Source: a virus (Duplodnaviria > Caudoviricetes). Taken from it: a stretch of 51,305 bases of DNA. The stretch covers positions 1 to 51,305 of the IMG/VR virus record IMGVR_UViG_3300032274_000005, one strand, 5' to 3'. The position numbers and the translations under genes were made by a program. Below, one piece after another: positions 26,438-35,356 of the stretch. A model generated the notes under the pieces. That model did not search any database, was not told where the DNA came from, and worked only from the letters and a program-made list of their open reading frames with translations. Numbering within the stretch: the first letter of the stretch is position 1; each line of letters opens with the position of its first letter.

Positions 26438-26488
26438 AAATATGTCCTTATCTACTTGCCTCACCCGTGATGGTGACATATATGTACT
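26438..26488 (+). repeat. 51-bp direct repeat copy 2 (promoter TTGCCT-N17-TATATG)
   Basis: 47/51 identical to 25087-25137. Confidence 0.85.
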
Positions 26489-26527
26489 GTGTCGGGAGGG
26501 AACAACCCCACCCACAAGGGAGACGGA

Positions 26528-26911
26528 ATGGCAAAGCTCATCGACATCACCGCCCGCTACCCCGGCCGCTGCCACTGCGGGACTCGCATTGCAGCGGGTG
26601 CCCGTATCAAGTACGACCCGAACACCAAGAGCGTGTTCGGGTGCCGGGGCTGCCTCCCCCGGCGTGTTGCCACTGTCTCCCACGGTCGGTGGATTGTCAG
26701 CCTCTTCAAGGCTCCCCGTGGGGGCATCGTCAAGGCCAACGCCACTTACAGCAGCTCTGCTGAGTGTGGTGGCTCGGTGAGCTTCAATGTCACCTCAGAC
26801 GGTATCAAGGCCGCTGGCTTTCGTGGTGAGGCCGTCCACATGAGCCGTGACGCTGAGATGTGCGTGGCTGAGGTGGTGGGCATGTATGAGTGCCACAACA
26901 CGGCTGCGTGA
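26528..26911 (+). CDS. Small Zn-ribbon-containing early protein
   Basis: ARYPGRCHCG..I..G..I.Y...CRGC pattern; GGAG RBS. Confidence 0.6.
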   Translation: MAKLIDITARYPGRCHCGTRIAAGARIKYDPNTKSVFGCRGCLPRRVATVSHGRWIVSLFKAPRGGIVKANATYSSSAECGGSVSFNVTSDGIKAAGFRGEAVHMSRDAEMCVAEVVGMYECHNTAA

Positions 26912-26982
26912 CCCCCCCACGAGGGCCTCATGGCCCCTTCTGCTTTTGATTCTACTCTACCCATCTCAACCCAGGAGACAGC

Positions 26983-27243
26983 GTGTCAGCAGACGGCGCC
27001 CGCATCACACGGGCAATTACAATCATAAAGGCCCTCCTGACTGCCCCCGAGGCGGTCACAGTGTCCCAACTCTCTGAGGAGTCGGGCATCTCGAAGCGGC
27101 AAATCTCCCGAGACATTGCCGCGATCAACAAAGGGGGGCTGGTTGAGATCACCGGGCTGGTTGGCCCCGGTGGAGGCGTCTACATCGGAGACGAGTCAAG
27201 GCAGGCCCTTGTTGGCCTGTGTCACCCAGCACTTGAGGAGTGA
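26983..27243 (+). CDS. Stand-alone winged-HTH of the YafY/PafB/WYL-regulator type (no WYL domain)
   Basis: R...II..L....VTVSQLSEE.GIS.RQI.RDI..I...G......GPGGG; AGGAG RBS. Confidence 0.7.
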   Translation: MSADGARITRAITIIKALLTAPEAVTVSQLSEESGISKRQISRDIAAINKGGLVEITGLVGPGGGVYIGDESRQALVGLCHPALEE

Positions 27244-27321
27244 TTCACAACTCTCGACAACGCCTAAAACCAAGAGCCCGGCGCCATCCACCGACGCCGG
27301 GCCACATGACTGGAGTATCGC

Positions 27322-27585
27322 ATGACCGACAATAGCACGCCCCCCGTGGTCATCCACGGCGTTCATCACCTCAAGTCCCCCCACGATTGGAGGGCTGTGC
27401 CTGACATCATCAGCGACCACAGCGCGGCCCTTGAGGGCCACAGCAGCGTGACTGTCTACACGGTCAACCTGCCCGAGCCCCACACCCTGCGCATCACCAC
27501 CCATCGTGGCAAGCGGGATCTGATCCTGCGTATCGAGCGCACCCCTGGACTGGCCTACACCCACGGTGGGGAGGTGGTGAAGTGA
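27322..27585 (+). CDS. Hypothetical protein
   Basis: GGAG RBS. Confidence 0.5.
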   Translation: MTDNSTPPVVIHGVHHLKSPHDWRAVPDIISDHSAALEGHSSVTVYTVNLPEPHTLRITTHRGKRDLILRIERTPGLAYTHGGEVVK

Positions 27586-28013
27586 GAAACATCACCCTCA
27601 CCGAGTGGAGCGCTGTCCTTGTGGAGATGGAGGCATTGGTCAAGAGCGCGTACCCGTGGCTCGTGGTTGACCGCACGAACCAAGAACTTTCGGTCAAGTC
27701 GGGCTACAACACGATGGTTGTTGGCCTGGAAGGCGTGCCCGGTAACATTCGGGCCATGTCCCCAGAGGTGCGATCTGGCTCGTGGAGCAGCCTGAGCGGA
27801 GCGCCAGAAGACCTGTTGGCCGGGCTGGATATCCAGCGAGATACCGTTCTGGCCCTGCTCAAGACCCGCGCCCACATGAGCCGAGTCCTCAACTGGCCTC
27901 AGTACGTGTGGCTCGCTGACTGCCCGTGTGACTACTGTAGCGGGACCGGTGGCAGACACAACGATTGCAAGACCTGCAACGGCACAGGCACACGTGCAGA
28001 GGTGGTGGAGTGA
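27582..28013 (+). CDS. Hypothetical protein with C-terminal DnaJ-type Zn finger
   Basis: CDYCSGTG and CKTCNGTG. Confidence 0.6.
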   Translation: MRNITLTEWSAVLVEMEALVKSAYPWLVVDRTNQELSVKSGYNTMVVGLEGVPGNIRAMSPEVRSGSWSSLSGAPEDLLAGLDIQRDTVLALLKTRAHMSRVLNWPQYVWLADCPCDYCSGTGGRHNDCKTCNGTGTRAEVVE

Positions 28014-28201
28014 TTGACCCCACCACAGCCCACCTCATGGTCCCCCTCGGCCTGCTCTCGCTGGCCTTCCCCGTGCTCGCCTTCTCCCCGGTGGGTGACA
28101 CCCCGTCTCTGATGCTGGGCGTGGGCCTCTCCATTGCCGCTGCTGCGTGGGTTGTCTCGCAGTGGCTCTCTGCCCTCTTCTGTGAGGTTCCCGGTGCTTG
28201 A
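28010..28201 (+). CDS. Small 2-TM membrane protein
   Basis: Two hydrophobic segments; GTGA coupling. Confidence 0.5.
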   Translation: MIDPTTAHLMVPLGLLSLAFPVLAFSPVGDTPSLMLGVGLSIAAAAWVVSQWLSALFCEVPGA

Positions 28202-28469
28202 CACCCTCAAGAGTTCGGCGCCGTGGTTCCCGTCCATCATGGCCTACACGTCATGCCTGTCCACCGGCAGCTCAGAGATCCCACGCCCGTGGCCTGTGGA
28301 AGCCGCAGCAATGGACATCTATCTCCACTGCCTCCGAGGGAAGCCCCTCCACCCTGGCTTCTTTGCGCAGCGGTGGGGCGTCAGTGAGTCAGAGGCAATC
28401 AAGCGCATGAAATCCGGCGTAACGGTCTACAACGCCATGAGGCGACAGCAACAGCAGGAGTCCCGATGA
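28194..28469 (+). CDS. Hypothetical protein, possible HTH
   Basis: 'FFAQRWGVSESEA' motif. Confidence 0.45.
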   Translation: MLDTLKSSAPWFPSIMAYTSCLSTGSSEIPRPWPVEAAAMDIYLHCLRGKPLHPGFFAQRWGVSESEAIKRMKSGVTVYNAMRRQQQQESR

Positions 28470-29083
28470 ACATCGAAGAAGCCATCATCACGCACTTTTT
28501 CAACAAGCACACGTTCACTGTCTCGTATCTGAATGAGAAGGCTGGCACAGCCATCACCGATGACGACATGGACGCGCTCTGTAGGCCCGAGCGGGTCGAT
28601 GCCCGCTTTGGGCTCTACTGCGAGCAGTGTGCATGGGTCGGGTGGTGGTCCAAGGGTGCTCATTTGTTCCGCACCGTTGACGGTGAAGAGGGGCAGTATT
28701 GCCCCCGCTGTGAGAAGTGGGTGGCCGCTGAGCGGTGGGAAGCTGGGCCGATGCACTACCGCATGACTGATGTGTGGAAAGCCGAGCACGAGGCCACGCT
28801 TGAGGCTGCGCGTCAGGCTCGGATTGATGCGCTGTGGGAGAGATTCCCCCGAGGCTACACCCTCGAACTCAGCCCTTGCGAGGACTCCATTTACTCGTTC
28901 TCTCTGGGTGTGGTCGAGCCCATCTTTGAGGGCAATCCGTGGTATTGGCGCGCAGGCCCGTTTAATGACTTCGGATCTGGCTCGGCTGACTCACTGGCAG
29001 AGGCCCAGGCAGCCGCCATTGAGGCCGCGCTGGATTTGTTCGGGGCCTGGAGTCGCAAGCTCCGGGGATCGGTTGAGGGTTGA
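28466..29083 (+). CDS. Hypothetical protein with CxxC pairs
   Basis: YCEQC and YCPRCE; AGGAG RBS. Confidence 0.6.
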   Translation: MNIEEAIITHFFNKHTFTVSYLNEKAGTAITDDDMDALCRPERVDARFGLYCEQCAWVGWWSKGAHLFRTVDGEEGQYCPRCEKWVAAERWEAGPMHYRMTDVWKAEHEATLEAARQARIDALWERFPRGYTLELSPCEDSIYSFSLGVVEPIFEGNPWYWRAGPFNDFGSGSADSLAEAQAAAIEAALDLFGAWSRKLRGSVEG

Positions 29084-29868
29084 CGATGAGCCCTGACAAC
29101 TACCTCAACGGCCCCATTGACCAGCCGTGGCCCTCAGTCTCCCTGTGGCAGCGTTGGCGCCGCAAGGCCCTTCACGATGCTCAAGACCCGAGCGCAACCA
29201 CCCACGCATGGTTGGTCCCTGAGAAGGCAAAGTGTAGCCACTACTACACCGTGTCGATGAGCACGATCCAGCACTCAGCCTGTGGCCGATCTCGCATCGA
29301 CAAAGCCAAGGAAGCCAACCTCTTGATCTCGGCATCCTTTCCCACACGCCGCAACCGTTGCACCTTCTGCCTGGATCGGGTCGGGCCAGATGCGGAGGCT
29401 TACGAGCCCGGTGAACTGACGCCACCGACACCGTTGGTGGACCTGCTCACAAGCCCCGTCCGCGAGAGGCGAGATCAGGGCCGAGAGATGCTGATCTCGC
29501 TGGGTGATGAGGTGGGCGTCCCTTACCTGAGCCCCTACCTGCTGACTGTGTGCGCATACATCTTGGTGGACAGGTGGGACGCTGAGAGTCACCTCTTGGT
29601 GGAGGGTGCCCCCGGCGGGTGGGGTCGGCTGGCCGCACAGGTGATGTGGAGAGAGTACGGCACTGCCAGCGATCGATTTAATCACAATCGCGGGGTTCTC
29701 ATGCGCCGGGCTTGGCTTGGTGGTCACCGCAAAGGTGGATACCGCAGCGCCGCCGGATATCTCGACGCATCAGCGATCTCCATCAGCTCTGGGGATCAGG
29801 TCCGCGTGCTCCTCTCAGAGGAACTGCGTGACTCACTCGTCTTCGTCAAGGGCCCGACATTGCCGTGA
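29080..29868 (+). CDS. Hypothetical protein
   Basis: 262-aa coupled ORF; H..SACG..RC..C motif. Confidence 0.55.
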   Translation: MTMSPDNYLNGPIDQPWPSVSLWQRWRRKALHDAQDPSATTHAWLVPEKAKCSHYYTVSMSTIQHSACGRSRIDKAKEANLLISASFPTRRNRCTFCLDRVGPDAEAYEPGELTPPTPLVDLLTSPVRERRDQGREMLISLGDEVGVPYLSPYLLTVCAYILVDRWDAESHLLVEGAPGGWGRLAAQVMWREYGTASDRFNHNRGVLMRRAWLGGHRKGGYRSAAGYLDASAISISSGDQVRVLLSEELRDSLVFVKGPTLP

Positions 29869-29977
29869 CCTTTGCACGGATGCACAGCCCCACCGGGCAC
29901 CTGTGCAAAACCGCAAACCCAGCCCACCGATCAGCCCATCCTGATATAGTAGTGGGGCCGCGCCGGTCTGGGGAGAT

Positions 29978-30355
29978 TTGGCGCGGCCCCACATCACATC
30001 GAGGAATCAAGTGCAAGATAACACGTCTGCGCACACCACGGAAGCGTGCGCCAAAGAGTCACAGAGCCCCACCTTTGAGCGGCTCAAGCAAATCCTTGAC
30101 AGCGCTGACGCTACCGCCCACCCAAGAGCGCTGATGATGGCCTCGGGGCTGACGCGATCGGTCTGTGTCGCTGTTGAGGTAATCATCATCGGGCGTCGCC
30201 TCGGAACGCTCTACGAGCTGCTTCCCGCAGCGGTGGAGGGTTCTGTTTTGGATCAGTTTCAAGACGAGGTCGATCAGGCGGTCTCCAGTCTTGCTTACGC
30301 TTGGGAGGCCCTTGAAGCGGAGTGCCTCAAGTTCGATCGGGGGTTGTCCCGATGA
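29978..30355 (+). CDS. Hypothetical protein (start uncertain)
   Basis: Helical ORF coupled to the next gene. Confidence 0.4.
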   Translation: MARPHITSRNQVQDNTSAHTTEACAKESQSPTFERLKQILDSADATAHPRALMMASGLTRSVCVAVEVIIIGRRLGTLYELLPAAVEGSVLDQFQDEVDQAVSSLAYAWEALEAECLKFDRGLSR

Positions 30356-30606
30356 TGGCCCTCTCACTCTTCTTGCTCGCCTGCGCACAGTCCCCAGTGC
30401 CCGTATCAGGAGCCATCTACTGCGTGGATGGAGCACTCGCTGTGGTGTCTGATGGACGCTGTGTGCACTTTGGGCTCAAGGCGCCGGGCGTCAGCGCTCC
30501 CCCGACCTGTACGTCGTACAGCAAATGGAATCGGGCCGATGTCCAGGCCATGCCCCCTGCAACCGAGTTCGATGCTCTCGGTGATCCGTGTGGGGCATCC
30601 CGATGA
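30352..30606 (+). CDS. Small Cys-rich secreted protein, possible lipoprotein
   Basis: MMALSLFLLAC lipobox-like N-terminus. Confidence 0.4.
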   Translation: MMALSLFLLACAQSPVPVSGAIYCVDGALAVVSDGRCVHFGLKAPGVSAPPTCTSYSKWNRADVQAMPPATEFDALGDPCGASR

Positions 30607-31898
30607 CCGACTACCTGACCTCACCCGAGAGGTATTGGCAGCGGTCACGATCAATCATGTCGTCTCGGTTGCCGACGATGGAGCGGTTTGTACTGCTGGC
30701 GATCTCTGACCACCTTGGCAGCAAACAGAACTGCTGGCCCTCGGCGGATCGGCTGGCCCTGCGAACGGGTGCCAACCGCCGGACTGTGCTCCGAGCACTG
30801 AAGAGGCTTGAGGATCGTGGGGTGATCAAGGTCACTCGATCGACAGGTCGAGCAAATCGATACCGGATCGACTGGGAAGCCGTCCACCCGTTCTCATGGC
30901 TGGTTGAGATCAGCAGCGACACCAGAACAGACAACCAGTGTCACAGAGTCACTGGTGACACAGAGTCACTGGTGTCAGAGAGTCACTGGTGTCACAGAGT
31001 CACTGGGGGGGTGTCACAGAGTCACTGGGGGGGTGTCACAGAGTCACCCGAAGCGTGTCAAGAAGCGGGTCAAGGAAACGGATCAATTAAAGCCCCCCTA
31101 AGCCCCCCCAAGGGGGCAACGGCTGATCAGCAATCGGAGACTGTGGAGATCCCTGTGGGTTCTGTGGAGAACCCCACCGATCCCCCTGAGCCCATCCCGA
31201 TGCCTGAAGACGACTCGAAGCAGTCCCGAGCCCCGAGCCTCTTTGAGTCCCCCGAGATGACCCCCACCAAGCCCCCCACGCTGGCTGAGGTCTGGGCAGA
31301 CCTTGAGGTGATGCGGGTGACGCACCTCAACAGCCGTCCCCCCCGCACCGATGGCAAGCCACACCGACGTGTCGGCCCTCGGAAGATCGGAGGCCACAGA
31401 CGCAACCTGTCAGCCCGGCTGGCCGATCACGGTCCCGAGAATGTCAAGGCGGTGGCTCATTGGCTGTGGCACAGCCCGAACACCTGGGCTGTGGGCCTCC
31501 GAGAGAACCCGGCGTGGCAATATGCCAGCGTGCTCCGGTCGGGCAACTTTGAGCGCATCCTCAGCATTGTGGAGCAGGGTGAGCCAGAGGCGCCGACCCA
31601 GGCCACCAAGACAGTGGGTGGTGTTGATGCTGCGTGGGGTCGGCTTGAGAAGGCCCTCAAGGTCCACCGGGCACGCCCACCCTACGGCGTTGACGGGTGG
31701 AGGTTCAGCGACAATGACAAGATCGAATCAGCGTACAAGGCCGGCATGAAGGCCGCTGCCGAGCGCAAAGACACCAACGCCGCATGGCAAGCACTCTGGG
31801 ACACTGCCCACGCAGCCGAGCATGTGCGCAAGTGGCAGCGGGTGAGATTCCAGAAAGCGTATCGAGCAACCATCATGGCCCAGAGGCAGGCAGCATGA
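30603..31898 (+). CDS. Replication initiator (lambda O-like, N-terminal HTH_36 wHTH)
   Basis: 'CWPSADRLA..TG..RRTV.RALK.LE..G.I...RS.G..N.Y'; internal iterons; followed by dnaB. Confidence 0.8.
   Translation: MTDYLTSPERYWQRSRSIMSSRLPTMERFVLLAISDHLGSKQNCWPSADRLALRTGANRRTVLRALKRLEDRGVIKVTRSTGRANRYRIDWEAVHPFSWLVEISSDTRTDNQCHRVTGDTESLVSESHWCHRVTGGVSQSHWGGVTESPEACQEAGQGNGSIKAPLSPPKGATADQQSETVEIPVGSVENPTDPPEPIPMPEDDSKQSRAPSLFESPEMTPTKPPTLAEVWADLEVMRVTHLNSRPPRTDGKPHRRVGPRKIGGHRRNLSARLADHGPENVKAVAHWLWHSPNTWAVGLRENPAWQYASVLRSGNFERILSIVEQGEPEAPTQATKTVGGVDAAWGRLEKALKVHRARPPYGVDGWRFSDNDKIESAYKAGMKAAAERKDTNAAWQALWDTAHAAEHVRKWQRVRFQKAYRATIMAQRQAA
30938..31049 (+). repeat. Replication origin iterons: six 17-bp GTGTCACAGAGTCACTG units
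   Basis: Units start at 30938, 30955, 30972, 30989, 31011 and 31033; short AT-rich patch follows. Confidence 0.8.
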
Positions 31899-33397
31899 TC
31901 ATCCACGACCGCAACGAAGACATCCACGACATTGAGGCATCTCTGCTGGGTCGGATGTGCAACCCGATGGAGTTTTTCAACACGTGGAGCGCGTGTGACG
32001 AGTTGGGCCTCTCGGGGGATGCGTTCGCCCACGACTGCCACCGGCACTTCTTCCACGAGATGGACCGACTCCGCTACAGCCTCGGCAAGCCCCGGCCTGG
32101 ACATCAGCCGATTCAGACCCCCACCGAGATCGTGATCCTTGAATGGCTCATCAGCCGTGGCACAGCCGAGCTGTGTGGTGGCCTCCAGTATGTCTCTGCC
32201 CTCAACCTGAGAGACTGTGGAGCGGTCAAGCACACGATCCGCCGCATCCGTGACCACGCAGCACGACGTGAAGCCGCAGCAGTCCTCAAGGCCGCCCAGG
32301 CAGCCATCTGGGACGGCCAACAGACCGTGGATGATCTGGTCGTGGGCACGGTGGCATCCCTCAACAGCATCTCAGCCTCAGCCACCCACGCAGAGGTCAA
32401 GAACGGCTCCACCATCGCAGGCGCCATGCTCTACAGCACCAACAACCCCACGCGAAAGCAGCGGGTATCGTCGGGCATCCCTGAGCTTGACGACGTGCTC
32501 TCCGGTGGGATGCGACCCCGGCGCCTGTACCTTGTGGCCGGTCGACCCAGCCACGGCAAGACGGCCCTGGCACTTCACCTACTCGTGGCCGGGGTTCAGC
32601 AGGGCCATGCGGCCTTCTTCCTGAGCCTGGAGATGAAAGCCACCTATACGGAAGACCTTGACGACGGGGACACCGGGGAGATTGTGGAGGAAGAACGAGC
32701 GGCCGATCTCACTACCCGGTTGTTCGCTATGGTGTCGGGTGTCCCGGTCGATGCCATCACGGCCATGCAAGATCCAGAGGTGGCATACCCATACGGCCGG
32801 CACGAGGAAGACGACCGACGCCTCATCAACGCAGCGGCATACGAGATCGCGCAGTGGCCTCTTGAGATCGACGATGAGCCCGGCCTGACCTGGGCTGAGG
32901 CTGAGGCCCGCATCCGACGTGCCAAGGCCAGAAACCCGGCCCTCAAGATCGTGGCCCTCGACTATATCGGTCTGGTACGGCCGAAGCGCGGGCAGGACTT
33001 TAAAGCCATGCTCGAAGAGGCAGCGGTCGGAATGTCCGACCTCGCCAACGAACTCGGGGTGGTCTTCCTGTGCCTCTGCCAGCTCAACCGAGCCTGTGAG
33101 GAGCGGGGAGACAAGCGGCCGGTAGCCTCAGACCTCCGATACAGCGGCAAGTTGGAGCAGGCAGCGGCCTCCATCCTCTTTGTCCAGCGCCCGTGCAAGT
33201 ACGAGGCGTGGGAGAGGCACAACACGGCGTTCTGGGTCGCTGAGGGTAAAGGCCGGTTCACCGAGAAGTCCAGCACCGTGATTGAGTTTGACGGCCCCAC
33301 ACAGCGCATCTACGGCCCCTCCATCCCCGATCCGGTCAAGGCCGAGGCAGACACCGGCAACAGGGGTGGGGGGCACGCCACGGGCTCAGACTGGTGA
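31895..33397 (+). CDS. dnaB: Replicative DNA helicase, DnaB family
   Basis: GRPSHGKT, SLEM, LDYI, QLNR and DLRYSG.LEQ motifs. Confidence 0.9.
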   Translation: MIIHDRNEDIHDIEASLLGRMCNPMEFFNTWSACDELGLSGDAFAHDCHRHFFHEMDRLRYSLGKPRPGHQPIQTPTEIVILEWLISRGTAELCGGLQYVSALNLRDCGAVKHTIRRIRDHAARREAAAVLKAAQAAIWDGQQTVDDLVVGTVASLNSISASATHAEVKNGSTIAGAMLYSTNNPTRKQRVSSGIPELDDVLSGGMRPRRLYLVAGRPSHGKTALALHLLVAGVQQGHAAFFLSLEMKATYTEDLDDGDTGEIVEEERAADLTTRLFAMVSGVPVDAITAMQDPEVAYPYGRHEEDDRRLINAAAYEIAQWPLEIDDEPGLTWAEAEARIRRAKARNPALKIVALDYIGLVRPKRGQDFKAMLEEAAVGMSDLANELGVVFLCLCQLNRACEERGDKRPVASDLRYSGKLEQAAASILFVQRPCKYEAWERHNTAFWVAEGKGRFTEKSSTVIEFDGPTQRIYGPSIPDPVKAEADTGNRGGGHATGSDW

Positions 33398-33750
33398 GCC
33401 ACACGCCGGGCCCAGACTGCGCCTCGTGTGACCTGTGGGTGAGCCCTCGCAAGGGGTGCCGGGCCACAGCAGTGGAGAGGCCCCCACCACCCTCGGAGGT
33501 GGACCCTACCCCGTGGACCTCCCCATACTCTGGGCGCGTCTCACAGATGGTCTATATGCCCTGGATACGGTTCATGCTGGCACCTACCCTGCCTGACATG
33601 CGAAACCCTCCAGAATGGACCCCAGAGGGCCAGCGCGACACCCTCATGGCTGCCGGCCACAGGGCTGAGGATGCCCGTGCCTATCTGGCAGGGGATGAGG
33701 ATGGTGGCTGCCGGTCATTTCAGCCACTTAGACGATTCACCACGCCGTAG
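33394..33750 (+). CDS. Hypothetical protein
   Basis: GTGA-coupled ORF. Confidence 0.5.
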   Translation: MSHTPGPDCASCDLWVSPRKGCRATAVERPPPPSEVDPTPWTSPYSGRVSQMVYMPWIRFMLAPTLPDMRNPPEWTPEGQRDTLMAAGHRAEDARAYLAGDEDGGCRSFQPLRRFTTP

Positions 33751-33774
33751 CCGTGTAAGTGCCTGGAATCACAC

Positions 33775-33800
33775 AAGGGGACCATAAACGGTCCCTTTTC
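33775..33800 (+). terminator. Intrinsic terminator
   Basis: AAGGGGACC-loop-GGTCCCTTTT. Confidence 0.55.
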
Positions 33801-33802
33801 TC

Positions 33803-33842
33803 TTGACGCCCGTGTGTCGGGTGCGCTACCTGTATTGTGTCA
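33803..33842 (+). promoter_or_regulatory. Promoter TTGACG-N18-TACCTG with TATTGTGTC
   Basis: Variant of the repeated promoter family. Confidence 0.5.
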
Positions 33843-33868
33843 GCAACGACACACGAGAGGCAACAACG

Positions 33869-35356
33869 ATGACACGTCACCGACATGAGCCGGGGCTCTG
33901 CTACGAGTTGTTTAAGGCAGGCAAGGAATGGGTAGATATCGCGAAGAACTATGGGATCTCATCTCCGGATCGCGCACTGGAGATGGCACGGAACCACGCC
34001 TCTGCTGCACGCAAGCCCTGGCCCCCGGAGGGTCGGCCCGGCATGAGCCAGCAGGAACGCGCACGGAAGGCTTACGAGGACCGTCGATCCGGCGCCTCGT
34101 GGCAGAAGATCCAGGCCGATCTCGGCGGGCTGGAGAAGACGACCACCCGTCGCCTTGCGCGGGACCACGCACGAGCCAACGGCCTGCCGTGGCCCATCCT
34201 CAAGGACCGGAGAACCCTCCAGGCTCGGCGCAAGGAAGCGTATGAGCTGGCAGTTGAGGGGTTCGACTGGGCCGATATCGCGGCCCACATCTCGGTGATT
34301 CGGAAGACCACTGCAAGAGGGTACGCGCGGGACCACGCACAATCCAACGGCCTGCCGTGGCCCATTGATGACGTGAAGACGGCAGATGTGGAGCCGCAGC
34401 CGCAGCCGCAGCCCGAAACAGCCGATGCGCAGCCAACCGAATCGGGGCCAGATGAGATGATGATGAACCGAAACCGCCGATGCTATGAAGCCCGGCAGGA
34501 TGGCACTTACTGGGCGAAGATCGCAGAAGCAGAGGGCATGGGATCGGCTGGCGCCGCCTGCTCTGCGGCAAAGACCCATGCAGGTATCCACGGTCTGCCG
34601 TGGCCCATCGTCGTGCCAAGTGACCCCAAGCCCCCCACAGGGCAGGTTCTCTACGAGGCACGGCTCAAGAGCCGGCACACCGCATGGTATCGGATCGCCT
34701 CTGAAAAGCAGATGGACGTGTCTCAGGCAGTCAAGACGGCCGGTGAGTGGGCTGTCAGTCATGGGAAGTCGTGGCCCATCGTGTTTGGTCCTGATGGGGA
34801 GGTCGTGGAGCACCTTGGCCGGGACGCTTACAATGAGCGCGTCAAGACGGGCAACAAGTGGCGTGTCATTGCCAAGCAGCTCGGCGCGAATGGGTCCAAG
34901 CAGGCATCAACGGCGGCCAAGTCATACGCCTCAGCCTACGGCATGGAGTGGCCTGCCCCTGTGCCTGCCACACCCGACAAGCCCCCGGCACGCGCTCCAG
35001 AGGCACTGTCACCCCGGCCCATCGTTGTGCCGGCAGCCCCGGCCCCCGAGCCCACCCCGGCACCCACGCCTGAGCCCACCACAGCCGGCGCCCCCGATGC
35101 CTCCCCTCTGCACTCTCGGGTTGGTGCGCTGGCCTCACAGCTCCTCGTGCTCGCCTCATGTCTCAGCGAAGAGGCAGCCGAGCGGGCACAGGCAAAGCCC
35201 CCCGAGCCCCCGCCGATCCCCAAGTGGGCCACCCTTATCGACACCCCCGAGAACCGGCGCATGGTTCAGGCCGTCACGTTCGCAGTCAGCGCAGGCAAGG
35301 TCACCCCGGCTGAGTTGTTCGGGCTGTGCCACGCAGCCTTTTCACAGGACTCCTGA
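33869..35356 (+). CDS. Protein with six tandem HTH-like repeats ending in (N/H)GLPWP
   Basis: Six units of YE-x5-G-x2-W-x2-IA...A-x2-(H/Y)A-x2-(N/H)G(L/K/M)xWP; Pro-rich linker; GAGAGG RBS. Confidence 0.75.
   Translation: MTRHRHEPGLCYELFKAGKEWVDIAKNYGISSPDRALEMARNHASAARKPWPPEGRPGMSQQERARKAYEDRRSGASWQKIQADLGGLEKTTTRRLARDHARANGLPWPILKDRRTLQARRKEAYELAVEGFDWADIAAHISVIRKTTARGYARDHAQSNGLPWPIDDVKTADVEPQPQPQPETADAQPTESGPDEMMMNRNRRCYEARQDGTYWAKIAEAEGMGSAGAACSAAKTHAGIHGLPWPIVVPSDPKPPTGQVLYEARLKSRHTAWYRIASEKQMDVSQAVKTAGEWAVSHGKSWPIVFGPDGEVVEHLGRDAYNERVKTGNKWRVIAKQLGANGSKQASTAAKSYASAYGMEWPAPVPATPDKPPARAPEALSPRPIVVPAAPAPEPTPAPTPEPTTAGAPDASPLHSRVGALASQLLVLASCLSEEAAERAQAKPPEPPPIPKWATLIDTPENRRMVQAVTFAVSAGKVTPAELFGLCHAAFSQDS

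Noticed and set aside
29865-30134. 89-aa basic ORF
   Set aside because: Overlaps the more plausible 29978-30355 ORF and a promoter-like AT patch; not supported.
30938-31049. 17-bp repeats as CRISPR or DGR repeats
   Set aside because: No spacers and no reverse transcriptase; location within the initiator gene fits iterons.
33869-35356. Link between six HTH repeats and six iterons
   Set aside because: Only a numerical coincidence; the iterons are adequately explained by the initiator.
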